A stretch of DNA of 63,521 bases, filler included, from Octopus bimaculoides (Eukaryota), in the NCBI RefSeq assembly GCF_001194135.2. It is 5 parts of 5 records of this genome, joined end to end, with 100 filler letters (N's around TTAATTAATTAA, not from the genome) between each part and the next. Parts side by side here need not be neighbours in the genome. Positions count along the whole stretch, not along the records: positions 24,605 to 51,039 come from NC_069008.1; positions 51,140 to 62,197 come from NC_068984.1; positions 62,298 to 63,521 come from NW_026404633.1; 2 more parts are not named here. One strand, 5' to 3'. This document shows positions 50,060-63,521 of this stretch, piece by piece. How positions within the stretch are numbered: position 1 is the first letter of the stretch; each line of letters begins with the position of its first letter. The notes under the pieces were generated by a model, which saw nothing but the letters and a program-made list of their open reading frames with translations, did no database searches and was not told where the DNA came from. The position numbers and the translations under genes are program-made.

Positions 50060-50294
50060 CCAAAATATTTTTCTTACTTGTGTACCCCTTTGACCCCTAT
50101 TTTACTCTACTGGACCCTTATAACCATTCAGTGTTTTAAAAATCCTATTATATTTTTTATTATTAAATATTATTAGGAAGTGTATTCAAAAATCATTCAA
50201 ATATTTTGTGTATTGTAAAAGTATAACCAATAAATTTTAACAAAATCTTACGTGGATCCCTAAGGGTCATACGGACCCTGGATGGGAACCCCTG
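50060..50294. mobile_element. Possible hAT-type non-autonomous element end
   Basis: Ends in gggaacccctg (reverse complement CAGGGGTTCCC, a hAT/Charlie-like terminus); partner end not identified. Confidence 0.3.
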
Positions 50295-50477
50295 TTTTAA
50301 TATATCTAATCCATAGTAAATAAAACAAAGCCATCACACGACAATATCTTTATTACGAACATATAAAGGAGTCTGCGTAGATACTCAACTGCTAGCATTA
50401 GCAGAGAAATCACCCTCAAATCATCGAACTGGCTTCAAGAAGGAATCATGTATTTACATTATGTGTATGTCTACGTA

Positions 50478-50540
50478 TGTGGAGGCGCAATGGCCCAGTG
50501 GTTAGGGCAGCGGTCATAGGATCGCGGTTTCGATTCCCAC
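50478..50540 (+). mobile_element. tRNA-like SINE head fragment
   Basis: ggcgcaatggcccagtggttagggcag...ggtttcgattccc, similar to the 36439 head. Confidence 0.55.
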
Positions 50541-53124
50541 CTAAAGCGCGACGGGTCACGATCGTGGCCATGAGGCACAAGCCGATGCATTTAATTTCTG
50601 GCCGTCTGTTGGGGTCTAATGTCACTCAAACGCTTCGATACTCACCAGAATACAAGAGGAATAATAGTTCAACTAATAACTTTTCAGATGATGTAAAACT
50701 TGCTACCATTATACACTAAGAAGATATTTTAACTATTTTTTTTTATGTGTGCATGATAGTCTCATTTTCATAAAATGTGCTCAGCAGTCCATGCTATCTA
50801 AGTGCAAATCTCAGTGCTTTATGGGTTAAAATGATTTAATTAGTGCTTTAAAGAATTAATTAGTCTGCGGGACTAATACTGAAAACAACAACAAGAACAG
50901 AACATCCCCATTTCTGGGGTATCTCGAAGAAATGGAACGATCATTCATATGAAGGCATAAAAGTCATTAAATAAGTTGTTTATCTATTGAAAAAATTTAC
51001 TTTAATAGCATCGCTTTTGGACGGAATTCTGGTTTCAGCNNNNNNNNNNNNNNNNNNNNNNNNNNNNNNNNNNNNNNNNNNNNTTAATTAATTAANNNNN
51101 NNNNNNNNNNNNNNNNNNNNNNNNNNNNNNNNNNNNNNNTATAAAAAAATTCTCTCCAAAGTTGAATGTTTGAAAGAAAAGCAGAGACAGTACGTTTTGT
51201 AAGTGTTATATTAATGTTCTCTAACGCAAAATCATGGAAATGAAAGAGGCGTGATCGAAGTTACACAGTATAAACATGGACATATTCCCAACCACACACA
51301 CACACACACACACGCGCGCACTTCATCAAAGAATCCTCCCTAAAATTGAATGTTTGAAGGTAAAGTGGAGAATTTGAATTCTTTATTTCAAATGTGACTC
51401 ATCTCTACAAATGTTCAGATATATATATGTGTAGCATCGGGAAGTTCTAGCTTTACGTGTATATATGTATGTATTTTTATTTGTATATATATATTCGTTT
51501 TATTTTATTTACTGATTAATCTTTCAAATTGTTAATCTGCAAATATAATACTAATGTATTTTCATGCAAAACTATACTTTATCAAAACATTCCCTCCAAA
51601 AATGAATGTTTGGAAGGGGTATATTCTAAATATAAGAGGACAAAAAAGAAAGAAGGGAAGAACAAGGAAGGAAAAAAGGAAAGAAGAAAAGAAGAAAGGG
51701 AAAAAAGGAAAAGAAAAAAGAAGAGAGATAGAAAGAAAGCAAAAAGACTTTCAATGATGACCAAACCACACGTTTTTTTTTAAAGTGGTCACCATCTTTA
51801 AACCCATTCCAATACAAGTTTAAATGACTAATTAAATAAATGAATGGTGAATAGGAAGGGGGGAGCCCCTTCCTCCCTCTCTCCCCCTCTCTGCCTATCT
51901 ATCTACCTATCTATAGCTAGGTAGATAGATAGATAGATGTCGAATATGTACCTATGCATGCACATATGTATATCTACATGCACGCAAAATCACGCACGTA
52001 TATATACATCTGTGTGTGTGTGTGTATGTATGTATGCATGTATGTTTGAATGAATGTATGTATATATGTACGTTTGTATGTACGTATATGGTGAAATACA
52101 GACATACATTTATATGTATTCTTGTGTGTGTGGTGGGGGTGCGTAATTATATTTAAGTGCCTTAGTTTGACAGATCGAGTGTGATTTATTTTTATTCTTC
52201 ACATGCCTGAATAATTCAGGTTGTTTTACTTTAGATACTCATTTACTATATATACATATATATATATATATACACAAATATATGTGTGCGTGTGTTGTGT
52301 GCGTGTGTGTGTGCACGCGTGCGTACGTGGGGTGAGTTATGTTTATGCATTCTTATTTTACAAACCTGATGCATTCCAATGTATTCCGACAGTCATGTTC
52401 TGAAGAGCGGCAATTTTTATCCAGAGAGCTCACAGTCTGACTGAAATTTAAAACTGACCAGGACACCTCCCCTACTGGGTTCTATAGGAAATGATATCCA
52501 TTTACTTGTCCGTATAACTTGGCCGAATGGTTCAATAGGCCACAGCTTTTTATTCGCCTCAAACTAAAGCTGCAGGTATAAGATCGCTTCAGATCATGGA
52601 TGGTTTGGTAGATGCAGGTGAACACGAACCGTAAAAGCTAACTTTGTGGTTCATTTCTTAACATAAATATTTCGTGAATATATTTTCTCTCTTTTTTGTC
52701 TTTCTCTCCTCCACCCCAGTCTCTCTCTCCTTGCCCTCTGTCTCTCTTCTCTCTCTTTCACCTCCCCACAATATCGCATACACATATCTATTTGTAATAA
52801 ATATTATCACATAACTATGTGATATCTTGTTTTTATGTTTTACCTTTTACTTGTTTCGGCTATTGGACTGCAACCATCCTGGGACACCACTTAGAAGGGT
52901 TCAGTCGAACAAATCGAACCTATTACTTATTTAAAAGCCTTGTACTTACTCATTCAATTTCTTTTTGCCGAGCCACGAGCATACAAGGACGTAAACAAGC
53001 CAGCACCGGTTGTCAAGCGGTGATGGGGGACAAACACAAACACACACATTTATTCATATATACATACATACATACATACATGCATATATGCATGCACACA
53101 TGCATACACGTCCTCACATCATCA

Positions 53125-53187
<63 letters not shown>

Positions 53188-53276
53188 GCTAGCTAGCTAG
53201 CTAGCTTGATATATATATGCATGAAGATAGATAGATTGAGAAAGAGATACAGAGACAGAGAGAGATAGGCAGACAA

Positions 53277-53351
<75 letters not shown>

Positions 53352-55012
53352 TTTACCAAATCGACTGGAAAGACTGGTTGGCCCGAAAAGATGTGACTTG
53401 AGTGGGCCTGAACCATTTCATTGGGAAGCAAGCTTTTCACCTCTTCACACAACATACACACAGAACTATTCGTTGTAAGTATATCACAAACAAAATTGTA
53501 TGAATTTTGTTCTACTAGTTTCAGTCATTAGAACATGGTTATTTTGAGGTAGTCCTTTTTAAGGCATAAGGTTTATTGGCCACTGTTGTAGAAGCAAAAA
53601 CTTTACTTTATTTGTTTCATTGTTGCAAAAAAATGAGAGGGAGAGAGAGAGAGAAAGAGAGAGAGAGGCGAGGTTATAATGCAGTAGTTTTTGCTATGAA
53701 AAACTAGTTTCGGCAAAAAAAAAATCAAGAGGTAGACTTTATTTTATGTACATCGATTACACTGGGTTAATGTTGGAAAATCACCTGACAGCGATGTAGA
53801 ATGAGACTCATCGTAAATCACATACTGGAACCTACCCGAAGTCGGAGAAGACGGATTAGATCAACGCAATACACTGATTTATGGACTGGTTTTGATTTTA
53901 TCCATTTCTTGAATAAATGAAAAGCGAAGTGTTGTTTTGTAGGACTTGATTTCAGGAACAAAAGTGATGTAACTAATTGCTGTTAGAATCTTAACTCAGC
54001 CGCCATGTACATAACTGATACCTCGACGTTAAATGATGAAAACAGTGAAAACAATGCATTATTTCATTTGCCCGAAATCCTACAGTTAAAGATTTCATAT
54101 ATACAAATATATATCCGTTGTAGCTGGAACAAGGAAGACGTGTTCTTGTCTGTCCCCTGTCCAAGCTTTATTTACACTTTCGCCACCACCATCTCCTTTA
54201 GGCTTAGCAGCCCTTCCTGTTTGTTTTCACTGTCCTGTTTGTGCTACCTATTTTGACCCTCCGCAAAATCCCAAATTTTATTTTATTTGCTTTGCGGGAG
54301 CAACTGTTTTATCGAAAGCGTATATTGTTGTTAAATGCTCGAAATACGAGAGTAGAAAAACAACCAACAACTGATGAAGGGTCGTTCTTTATGTTGTTTG
54401 TCTTGTTTTCCATATGTGACTTTCGTTGTTCGAAAAAATAGTTCATATTCCATGTACTCATACTTCGTATTTTCTGTTGTACACATTTATATATATATAT
54501 AAGTTAGCTAGCTGCGTGTGAACTTTGAAAGATAACGAAACAGCATATATGATTAAATAGAAACTAATTCAGAAATTCATACCCTATGTCAATGGAGCGA
54601 ATACATGTAGGCTTTGTTTAGCTGAAAGAACGCAGATCCTGTTCATATCTAAGATTCCTAACTCTCCGTTGAACACTTGTTCAGAAATTTTCAGTGGTTG
54701 CAAGCTTATGTATAAATATCATTTGAAGACTTTGCGTTTCAATTTTTCGGGATCGATAAAGTTAAGTACCAGTTGAATACTGGAATCGAGGTAATCGACT
54801 ACACTCCTCCCCGAAATTGCCGATCTTGTGCTGAAATCTGACACCAATACATACATACATGCACCCATATGCACACACACACACACACACATATATATAT
54901 ACATACACACACACATACACACACACACACATATATATATATATACACATACATACATATATATATCTACATACATATATAAGTACATATATACATACAG
55001 ACGCACATTCAT

Positions 55013-55055
<43 letters not shown>

Positions 55056-55269
55056 TATACATGCATATATATATATTTATATTTATATATATACACACAC
55101 ACCTATGAAAGAATTGATGCGTAATTAATTACTTATAGATCCACTTAAATATAAATGTATATGTATCTATGTCTGTTTATATGGGTATGTGAGGGTGTGA
55201 GTGTATGTGCATGTGCGTGTGTGCATGTGTGCGCGCATGTGTATATTTGTGTCTGTGTCTTTATATATA

Positions 55270-55400
55270 TAACCTTTATGCATTCGAAAATATATAATTA
55301 GAAAAACAAAATGAAACTCGCGTATTTATTTGTGCTCTCTACCACAGAAGAACGCTGTCAAACCGATAAATTTGAATACGCGATAGCAACATAAAGGTTA
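55270..55400. mobile_element. Small MITE-like element
   Basis: 11-bp terminal inverted repeat taacctttatg / cataaaggtta, plus internal cgcgtatt / aatacgcg. Confidence 0.4.
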
Positions 55401-56004
55401 ATACCAAAGGAAAATGAAACTACAGTTGCTATAACTGTTTAGCTATTACAAATAAAATGTATGTCATTCTCAAATGGTGCAGAAACGACATTCACTTTAA
55501 CAATGGAATCGATTTCACACGTAACATAACGTTGTAAATAGCTTCCGTGACGAAATATAATTGTAATATCTAATTCTTAAATTTGAAAGACAGATGAATA
55601 ACTGTTAGATAAATAGGCAAATGAATAAATGTTTGAATAAATAAGAATAAGTTTAAAGCTATAAATTATTTTGCCTTACATTAAATGTAACAGCTTTCTG
55701 GATGGAAGACCTGATGCTCTTTTCAGAGTTTTCTCTCGTTGGTAATGTTGTTTAAATATTTATGCGTGTATGGTTAGGACTAACAATTTTGATAGGAGGA
55801 GATTAGTTAACACCGTCAACCTCCGTTCTTGATAGGCACTTTAATTTATCGACCACGAACGAACGAAAGACAGAGGCCAGATTGCAAAAGTCAGTTGCCT
55901 GATAAACTTAACAATATATATTTAATATTTTGCTTTCATTTAGTTATATTTATAACATCGAGAAATTTCCATGAATAGGTTCATTTATGGTCATATGGCC
56001 TAGT

Positions 56005-57094
56005 GAATGGAAGTCATTAATCATACTACCACTACCAAAGGAAGGTAATCTGCCACAAATGTCCAACTAAAGGGAAATAAGTCTCATGAATCAGGGCATA
56101 AAACTCTTTAACAGGCTTCTGTTAAATCGCACACGTGCGAAGATAGATAAGAATATGCGTGTCGATCAGACTGGCTTTAGAAAGAGCCGTAGTTGCATTG
56201 AACAAATTCTCACGTTGGAGACGGTAATGGCGACTTGTTTTGAATGGTGTCCCCCCAATATTTGCGCTGTTCATATACTTTCAAAAAGCATTCGACAGCG
56301 TCAACAGAACCGCTATGTTTACGTTTCTTGAAAGGGTAGGGATACCATCGAAGATAACCTCGGCTGTTAGATGTCTTTATGAAAACCAAACAGCATATGT
56401 CCTTGTCGATGGAAAAGTCTCCTGGTTTTACACCTCAGAGTGGAATTCTGCGAGGTGATACCTTAGCACCTTATCTATTTTTGGTGGTTATGGATCAAGT
56501 GATGAAAGCTGCAACCCATACAGAGGATGGAATTCGCATATCTCACATTTGCAGACGATACTGTTCTCTTTGTTCTTAGCCTCATAGAAGCACAGGACTA
56601 CTTGGATCGTGTCATGCGAGAAGCAAAGATTGTGGGACTAGAAATAAACGAATCGAAGACAGAATACATCACCATTAATATAAAGACAGACGAAACTACA
56701 GGTGTCCTGGCAAATGGAAAGCAACTATCCAGGATTGATAAATGTACTTAGCTTGAATCGACTGTATCTGATCTCTCTCACAACTCAAACAGGGACATCA
56801 TAGACAGAAGGAGAGCGGCATGTGGAGCGGCTTCAACACTTCTGCTAGTCTGACATAAACACAACAACGAAGATAAATATGTACAAAACTCTGTGTCTTC
56901 CGATTTTTGCTTATGGAAGCGAGACATGAGTAACGAATACGAATCGGCAAAAGGTCGTGCTAGACACTTTTATCACAAGCCAAAAGAAAATATATCAGAT
57001 ATCCTATAACGACCACGTTTCCAATAGTACATTGTACCAAATGGCTGACAAAAAACAAATGAGCTGAAGAATAAAGAAACGCCGGCTGAGATGA
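56005..57094 (+). mobile_element. Decayed RTE-clade LINE reverse transcriptase fragment
   Basis: REISLMNQGIKLFNRLLLNR, DQTGFRKSRSCIEQI, FQKAFDSV, SGILRGDTLAPYLF, LTFADDT, GLEINESKTEY, IKKRRLR. Confidence 0.9.
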
Positions 57095-58031
57095 AATTTA
57101 GCTGCGTGAATTGGTGCATTATCATCCTGAAAGATTGCGTTTCCCTCCGGAAACAGTTCTGCAGCCATACGAGGATGAATTTTGATCCGATAAAATGCTT
57201 AAATATTAATTCTGCCATGAAGGGAAACCATTGGGCCGGCGTATTTCCATGATGTAGCCACCCACATCATGACAGATCCTCCTCCATGTGTAACAGTTGG
57301 AAGAAGGCAGTTTGGATTAAATGCTTCTTTTGGCTGTCTCCACACATATAGTCGGCTGGTGGTCGGAAATAAGGTAAAGGATGACTTGTCCGAGAAAATA
57401 ATATTCTTCCACTGCTCTAGGGACCAATTCTGTAGTTTTTACTCCACTCTAAACGCTTTGCAACGTTTGTTTTTGAAAGTAGTGGTTCTCTGATTGAAGC
57501 CCTCCCGTGAAATCCGGCTTTGTGCAGCTCCCTGCAAACAGTTTTTGTGGAAACTGGGTTCTCGAGGTGGTCATTAAGCTCTGCAGTAATTTTGAGAGCT
57601 GTACTTTTGTGATCCTTTCTAACAATTCACGTGAGAATCCGACGGTCCCTATCCGAATATTTTGGTTTTCTTCCGGAGTTTTGTTTCGACGAGGAGGTTT
57701 TTCCCTCTTTCTCAAGGACTGTCATTACTTTCGAGACAGTACTTCTTGATACACCAAACATTTCGGCTGTTTTCATTACGCTAGCGCCTACCATACGAAC
57801 ACCAACGATTTGACCTCTTTGAAAGTTCGATAGATCTATCATGCTGATGAATTTTAATTACTTTTTCTGATGATATCTGAAAAGAAACAGCAATTGTAGC
57901 AAAATATATTAAGCAACACTAATAATAAATAAAAAAAAGCATAAAATAAACAAGCTTTTAACAGTTTTATAGTTACTTCAAATTTTTGATGCTATGATGC
58001 TAGTTGTTTCCATTATTTTGTCCAACCCCTG
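57095..58031 (-). mobile_element. 3'-truncated Tc1-type transposon
   Basis: TA|CAGGGGTTGGACAAAATAATGGAAAC TIR; MIDLSNFQRGQIVG...GVSRSTVSKV...NSGRKPK, IFSDKSSF, TVTHGGGSVMMW, FQDDNAPIH; the third catalytic residue region is missing. Confidence 0.92.
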
Positions 58032-58063
58032 TACATACATACATACATACATACATACATACA

Positions 58064-58097
<34 letters not shown>

Positions 58098-58100
<3 letters not shown>

Positions 58101-58314
58101 GGGGATGCTGAAAACTTCCTGGCTTTAAGGGCATCACCCAAGGCCTTGCTGGAGACTTCATCTTCCGAGTTCTTTTACAGGGCTTAGAAAAACTGAAGGA
58201 CCACTGCAATAAGTTTGTGAATCTGAGAGGAGAATATGTTAAATAAAATCCTAATTAACTGATCCTCCTGTATTTCCTTTTACCCGAAACCAGGAACTTT
58301 TCAGCACCCCCTCA
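58098..58314 (+). mobile_element. Mariner-derived MITE (~217 bp)
   Basis: TIRs taaggggatgctgaaaacttcctgg / ccaggaacttttcagcaccccctca, TA-flanked; internal remnant GLEKLKDHCNKFVNLRGEYVK*. Confidence 0.85.
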
Positions 58315-58317
58315 TAC

Positions 58318-58350
<33 letters not shown>

Positions 58351-59091
58351 TGTATGTATGTATGTATGTATACTTCTTAACGACGCACACATTGTCTCCC
58401 ACGACATGAACTTTTTTTTTCTTTTTAGGTCAACTTTATACAGAGATCCTGGACTGCATTTAGAAACAAAAACAAGCAGATCCAATTTCCTTTAAGGAGA
58501 ACTTTTTTTTTTTTGTCTNNNNNNNNNNNNNNNNNNNNNNNNNNNNNNNNNNNNNNNNNNNNNNNNNNNNNNNNNNNNNNNNNNNNNNNNNNNNNNNNNN
58601 NNNNNNNNNNNNNNNNNNNNNNNNNNNNNNNNNNNNNNNNNNNNNNNNNNNNNNNNNNNNNNNNNNNNNNNNNNNNNNNNNNNNNNNNNNNNNNNNNNNN
58701 NNNNNNNNNNNNNNNNNNNNNNNNNNNNNNNNNNNNNNNNNNNNNNNNNNNNNNNNNNNNNNNNNNNNNNNNNNNNNNNNNNNNNNNNNNNNNNNNNNNN
58801 NNNNNNNNNNNNNNNNNNNNNNNNNNNNNNNNNNNNNNNNNNNNNNNNNNNNNNNNNNNNNNNNNNNNNNNNNNNNNNNNNNNNNNNNNNNNNNNNNNNN
58901 NNNNNNNNNNNNNNNNNNNNNNNNNNNNNNNNNNNNNNNNNNNNNNNNNNNNNNNNNNNNNNNNNNNNNNNNNNNNNNNNNNNNNNNNNNNNNNNNNNNN
59001 NNNNNNNNNNNNNNNNNNNNNNNNNNNNNNNNNNNNNNNNNNNNNNNNNNNNNNNNNNNNNNNNNNNNNNNNNNNNNNNNNNNNNNNNNNN

Positions 59092-59129
<38 letters not shown>

Positions 59130-59207
59130 CGTGCGTGTGTGTGTGCATTCACTCACGCATTTATTTATACACACACAATTATATATGAGTGCATACATAC
59201 ATGCCTA

Positions 59208-60079
59208 CAGGGTGCGATGGATAAATTGTTGCCATTTTATATTTTCGATTTCGTGCATGCGCATTGTTTGTTTTTGATTTTGTCGACAACACAGTATAGT
59301 AGGGTCAGTTAAGCACTGTCTGTGAGATAAACTGCACCATGACACAATTCACTCTGCCAGAAATTTGGAAACGATATGCTGCACTACTTGGCATTCGCAC
59401 CGGAAGCTCCAGTACGAATAGATGGTGAACACACAGAACAACCGCTGGCTTGCCGTGTCCCCAAAACACGTACCGATAGCAATAAAAATCAAACATCCAG
59501 TCAATATCCTCGTGTTTGGAATGATCACTAGTGATAGAGTTATGCCTCCATTCATCTTCCCCACACGGCCTCAGTCTCAACACGGAGGCCTACATCAAGT
59601 GCATGGAGGAGGTAGTGCTGCTCTGGACCAAGAGAGTGGCTACTGGAACACCCTATGTCTGGTAACAGGACTCTGCACCATGCCACACAAGCAGGAGAAC
59701 CCAGTCATGGCTGTCAGACAATTTCTACAACTACATCACCCCTAACATGTGGCTAGCTAACCCTCTTGATTATTATGTGTGGGGTGCAGTTGAGCGAGAG
59801 ACCAACAAAACTCTTTGCAACACCAACGATGAACTGAAGGCAAAGATTATGGCGGCATTCACCAAATTAAACAAGGAGACAGTCCAGAAGAGTTGCAGGA
59901 GACTCCGAAGTAGTCTAGAGGGTATTGTTGAAGCCAGTGGCGATTTTAATGAATAAATTTTCTCTTTAGTATATCAAGATATGTTTATGTAATTTTGGTA
60001 AATATATCTGTTAAAATAAGATGTCCGTGTTATTTTCACTTTTGCGTAATTTAGACGACAATATATTCACCGTACCCTA
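59208..60079 (+). mobile_element. Internally deleted maT-like (DD37D-type) Tc1/mariner element with both TIRs
   Basis: Imperfect TIRs (21/28 including TA); W*QDSAPCH and NPLDYYVWGAVE motifs; N-terminal MTQFTLPEIWKR fused to the catalytic half. Confidence 0.88.
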
Positions 60080-60399
60080 TATATATATANNNNNNNNNNN
60101 NNNNNNNNNNNNNNNNNNNNNNNNNNNNNNNNNNNNNNNNNNNNNNNNNNNNNNNNNNNNNNNNNNNNNNNNNNNNNNNNNNNNNNNNNNNNNNNNNNNN
60201 NNNNNNNNNNNNNNNNNNNNNNNNNNNNNNNNNNNNNNNNNNNNNNNNNNNNNNNNNNNNNNNNNNNNNNNNNNNNNNNNNNNNNNNNNNNNNNNNNNNN
60301 NNNNNNNNNNNNNNNNNNNNNNNNNNNNNNNNNNNNNNNNNNNNNNNNNNNNNNNNNNNNNNNNNNNNNNNNNNNNNNNNNNNNNNNNNNNNNNNNNNN

Positions 60400-60438
<39 letters not shown>

Positions 60439-60541
60439 TTGTATATACACATATATAAGTGTGAGTTTCTATACCTATGTATGCTCTATCTATCTGTCTA
60501 ACTTCACTATTCCCATATATATATACATATGTGTGTGTGTG

Positions 60542-60572
<31 letters not shown>

Positions 60573-61166
60573 ATGCACACATACAAACACACGTACATAC
60601 ATACATATATACATAAATGTATATATATGTACGTACATGTGTACACACACACATATAAACAGTACAATCTTTCACCCTGTCAAGCTACTTCGGACAGCAG
60701 CAATTCATACATCTCCGTAGTATTTTTTACTTATCACTAATTACGAATACTTCAGCTATCACGTAATCATATTAAAACCAACGTCTCTCATTCTTTTCGC
60801 TTTCAGGAAATCCATCGCATAATGGATTCACAAAAATGAATCGAGGGATGAATGAACAAGGAATTGTTTTAATCTATATCTGTTGTATTTGTAATAAATA
60901 TAAATTCTACAGCATTACGAGGACGAATCTATCGGAAATTGATGAGGCAACGCAACAATGACTTTGTTTTTCGATGTCAGAACCGCAATTAAAGTAGCAA
61001 ATATCAAGAGTGAACTGGTCTGAATGAAATTCTAAACCGTCCCCACAAGACAGATCATCAACAGTGGTGCTGGTTTTTCCACTTGACTAAAGACGGACAA
61101 TAAAATTGTAATACGCTCATCATTATGATAATGTAAAAACAATGAGGTTATTTAAGTTACGTTTGA

Positions 61167-61498
61167 AAGGTGACGAGCTGGCAGACACGTTAAAGACATC
61201 GGACAAAATTGCTTAGCAGCATTTCACTCGCTAATTGTCTTTTTACACGTTCTGAGTTCATATGCTGCCAAGACCAGCTTTGCATTCATCTTTTCGGGAC
61301 GCCCTCCTCCTAACATTGCTGGCCTAGTGCCAAAATTTGGTGCCATAGAAGTTGGTGAGCTGACAGAATCATTACTACCCCGGAAAAAAAAATGCAAAGC
61401 GGTATTTCTTTTGGCTCTTTACGTTCTGAGTTCAAATGCCACCAAGGAAATCGACAATACCTTTCCTCTAAAATTTCAGGGCCTATAGTAGAAAGAGT
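61167..61498 (+). mobile_element. Two tandem SINE family B copies
   Basis: aaggtgacgagctggcagac...gttctgagttca and ggtgagctgacagaatc...gttctgagttcaaat...aaaatttcagggcctatagtagaaag. Confidence 0.75.
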
Positions 61499-62149
61499 TG
61501 TTAAGTGGATACTTAACACGCACACAAACACACACACAAACACACACACACACAGAGTAAAAATAACTTTATTTGGATATTAGCTACTGAAGTTGAGCCT
61601 GTTAAGATCATCCAAGGATATAACTATCAGACAATCGGGAAATTGTTTGTCGTATCAAACAAATGATAGAAAATCCACAAGTAAAAGTAATTACCTTATA
61701 CGTAATTATGATTCAACATGTATAATTTCAATTCGAAGAATAATAAATAGTAGCATATATTATTGCATAATAGGGCAAGATTAATGAGATCGAATTCAGA
61801 AGAAACAATTGTAAATTGATGTATTCAAGAGACTTACCCGCCCCAATTTTCTTCTTAGTAAATTTATATGTATGTATGTATGGTGATCTAAACGAATAGA
61901 TAGGCTGAGTAAGTGCTATAATTGGTCATCCGTTAGGTTCCAAGTTCAAAGCTGAGGCTGGAGCTAGGGGTCCGCATTAGGCTTCCGTGTCAGCAAGTAT
62001 ACATGAGAGGAAAAAGACATCAAAAAGCAAGGTAGGGCGAGTACCTCAAGTCATTATGACTTGTGATACTCGTCCTGCTTTGGTATATTTCCATATCATT
62101 ACATCTTAAAGCTTCTAAGAAAGCAAATTTGGTTTGTTTACAAATAGCG

Positions 62150-62197
<48 letters not shown>

Positions 62198-62353
62198 NNN
62201 NNNNNNNNNNNNNNNNNNNNNNNNNNNNNNNNNNNNNNNNNTTAATTAATTAANNNNNNNNNNNNNNNNNNNNNNNNNNNNNNNNNNNNNNNNNNNNATT
62301 TTATCAAGTGGCCAGCATGGGAATAAAAACCATTAAAGGTAATAATTGTTTAA

Positions 62354-62444
62354 AATTATAATTTAGGGTATCTAAGAGACACCACCAAGTTTTGGCTGCT
62401 ATTTTCAGCGTGGTGGTGTCTCTTAGATATCCTAAATTATAATT
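62354..62444. repeat. 34-bp near-perfect inverted repeat with a 23-nt spacer
   Basis: aattataatttagggtatctaagagacaccacca ... tggtggtgtctcttagatatcctaaattataatt (1 mismatch). Confidence 0.9.
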
Positions 62445-63134
62445 TATATATACGAAACAGCGCGATAAACAGGATAGGGTGCATAGGTACGTCAGGTTTA
62501 GCGTTGACGGATTTCGGAAAGCATGAAACTTTTTGAAAGACGCGAGTCTTAACAGCTAACGACTGATGCGAGTAGCTCATTCCAATGCTTTGATTGCAAG
62601 CTGCTCAGAATAATTCAATAAAATCCTAACAGGCACTTTTATGATTACCCTAACTTATTTCTTATAAATAATGAATAGGTATGTTAAGCGCGTTCGAATT
62701 CCTAAATTGCCTGAAGTTTAAAATATTATTACAGGGAAGAAAACTCCGAACATTGCGCGTGAGCAATAATGGGAAAATTAGGCCTTCGTACAAACGGCTT
62801 TAACTATAATAGGTATAATTTGAAAGTTGCCCCGTTTTGACAGCTTTAATTTGAACATTGTTCTGGTTCTGGTGTGAGCCTATGAAATTAGGAGCGGGTA
62901 TAGCTGTATGGTTAATAAGCCCGCTTTGCAACTGTATGTTTGCTGGTTCGGTCTCACTGTGCGGCGCCTTGGACAAGTGTCTTATACTGCAACACCAGAC
63001 CGACCGATGTCTTGTTAGTGAAATCGGTAGATGGAAACTGTTTGGACGTTTGTTGTATCCATCCGTTTGTCCGTTCGTCTGTCAGTCTATCGATCTATCT
63101 ATGTATGTATGCGTCTGTCTATTAAACTGTGAAC

Positions 63135-63169
<35 letters not shown>

Positions 63170-63521
63170 GGTTATGAGAGGTAATGGTGTCAAAAAGACC
63201 CAACGGTGTCAGGTAATGCTGACTTTACAAAAAACTCTTTGATTCAATAACACCGTTTACAAACTCTATGCTTGGAATGAACAATTTTAGATACTATTGG
63301 AACTTAATCAGATGGTCGAAATAATGGAACTGCAGATGCAACATCCCTGTACGTCTCACATTTATTTTCATTCCTCCACTTCACCCTCTATTTCATATCT
63401 TATCTAGAATAACTATTGCTTAACCATTTTCTCACACTGTCTCCTATGAAGGGATATAATAAATATCCCGAAAACAGATGTAAGACCTTTTATTTATAAA
63501 TGTTCTGAAATCTTTCACAGC

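Overview
AT-rich, microsatellite- and gap-riddled animal genomic scaffold, most consistent with a coleoid cephalopod (Octopus-like, inferred from the repeat landscape and the C2H2 gene). There are two well-supported genes arranged tail-to-tail. The first is a six-exon SEC11 signal peptidase catalytic subunit (+, CDS 38768-44625, 182 aa, all junctions GT-AG and in phase). The second is a single-coding-exon gene with 16 C2H2 zinc fingers (-, 47356-48855). The rest is mostly decayed transposable elements: two CR1/L2-type and two RTE-type LINE fragments, several Tc1/mariner relics and MITEs, foldback elements, at least four SINE-like families, a ~140/282-bp satellite and many microsatellites. The most interesting unexplained signal is a candidate minus-strand exon at 30446-30597. 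It encodes a neuropeptide-precursor-like segment (KR-PGW-G-KR plus further RR/KR sites) and folds into a 29-bp RNA duplex that covers a UAG triplet acting as either stop codon or splice acceptor. This candidate is unconfirmed. Most ORF-track entries are artefacts of N runs or microsatellites.
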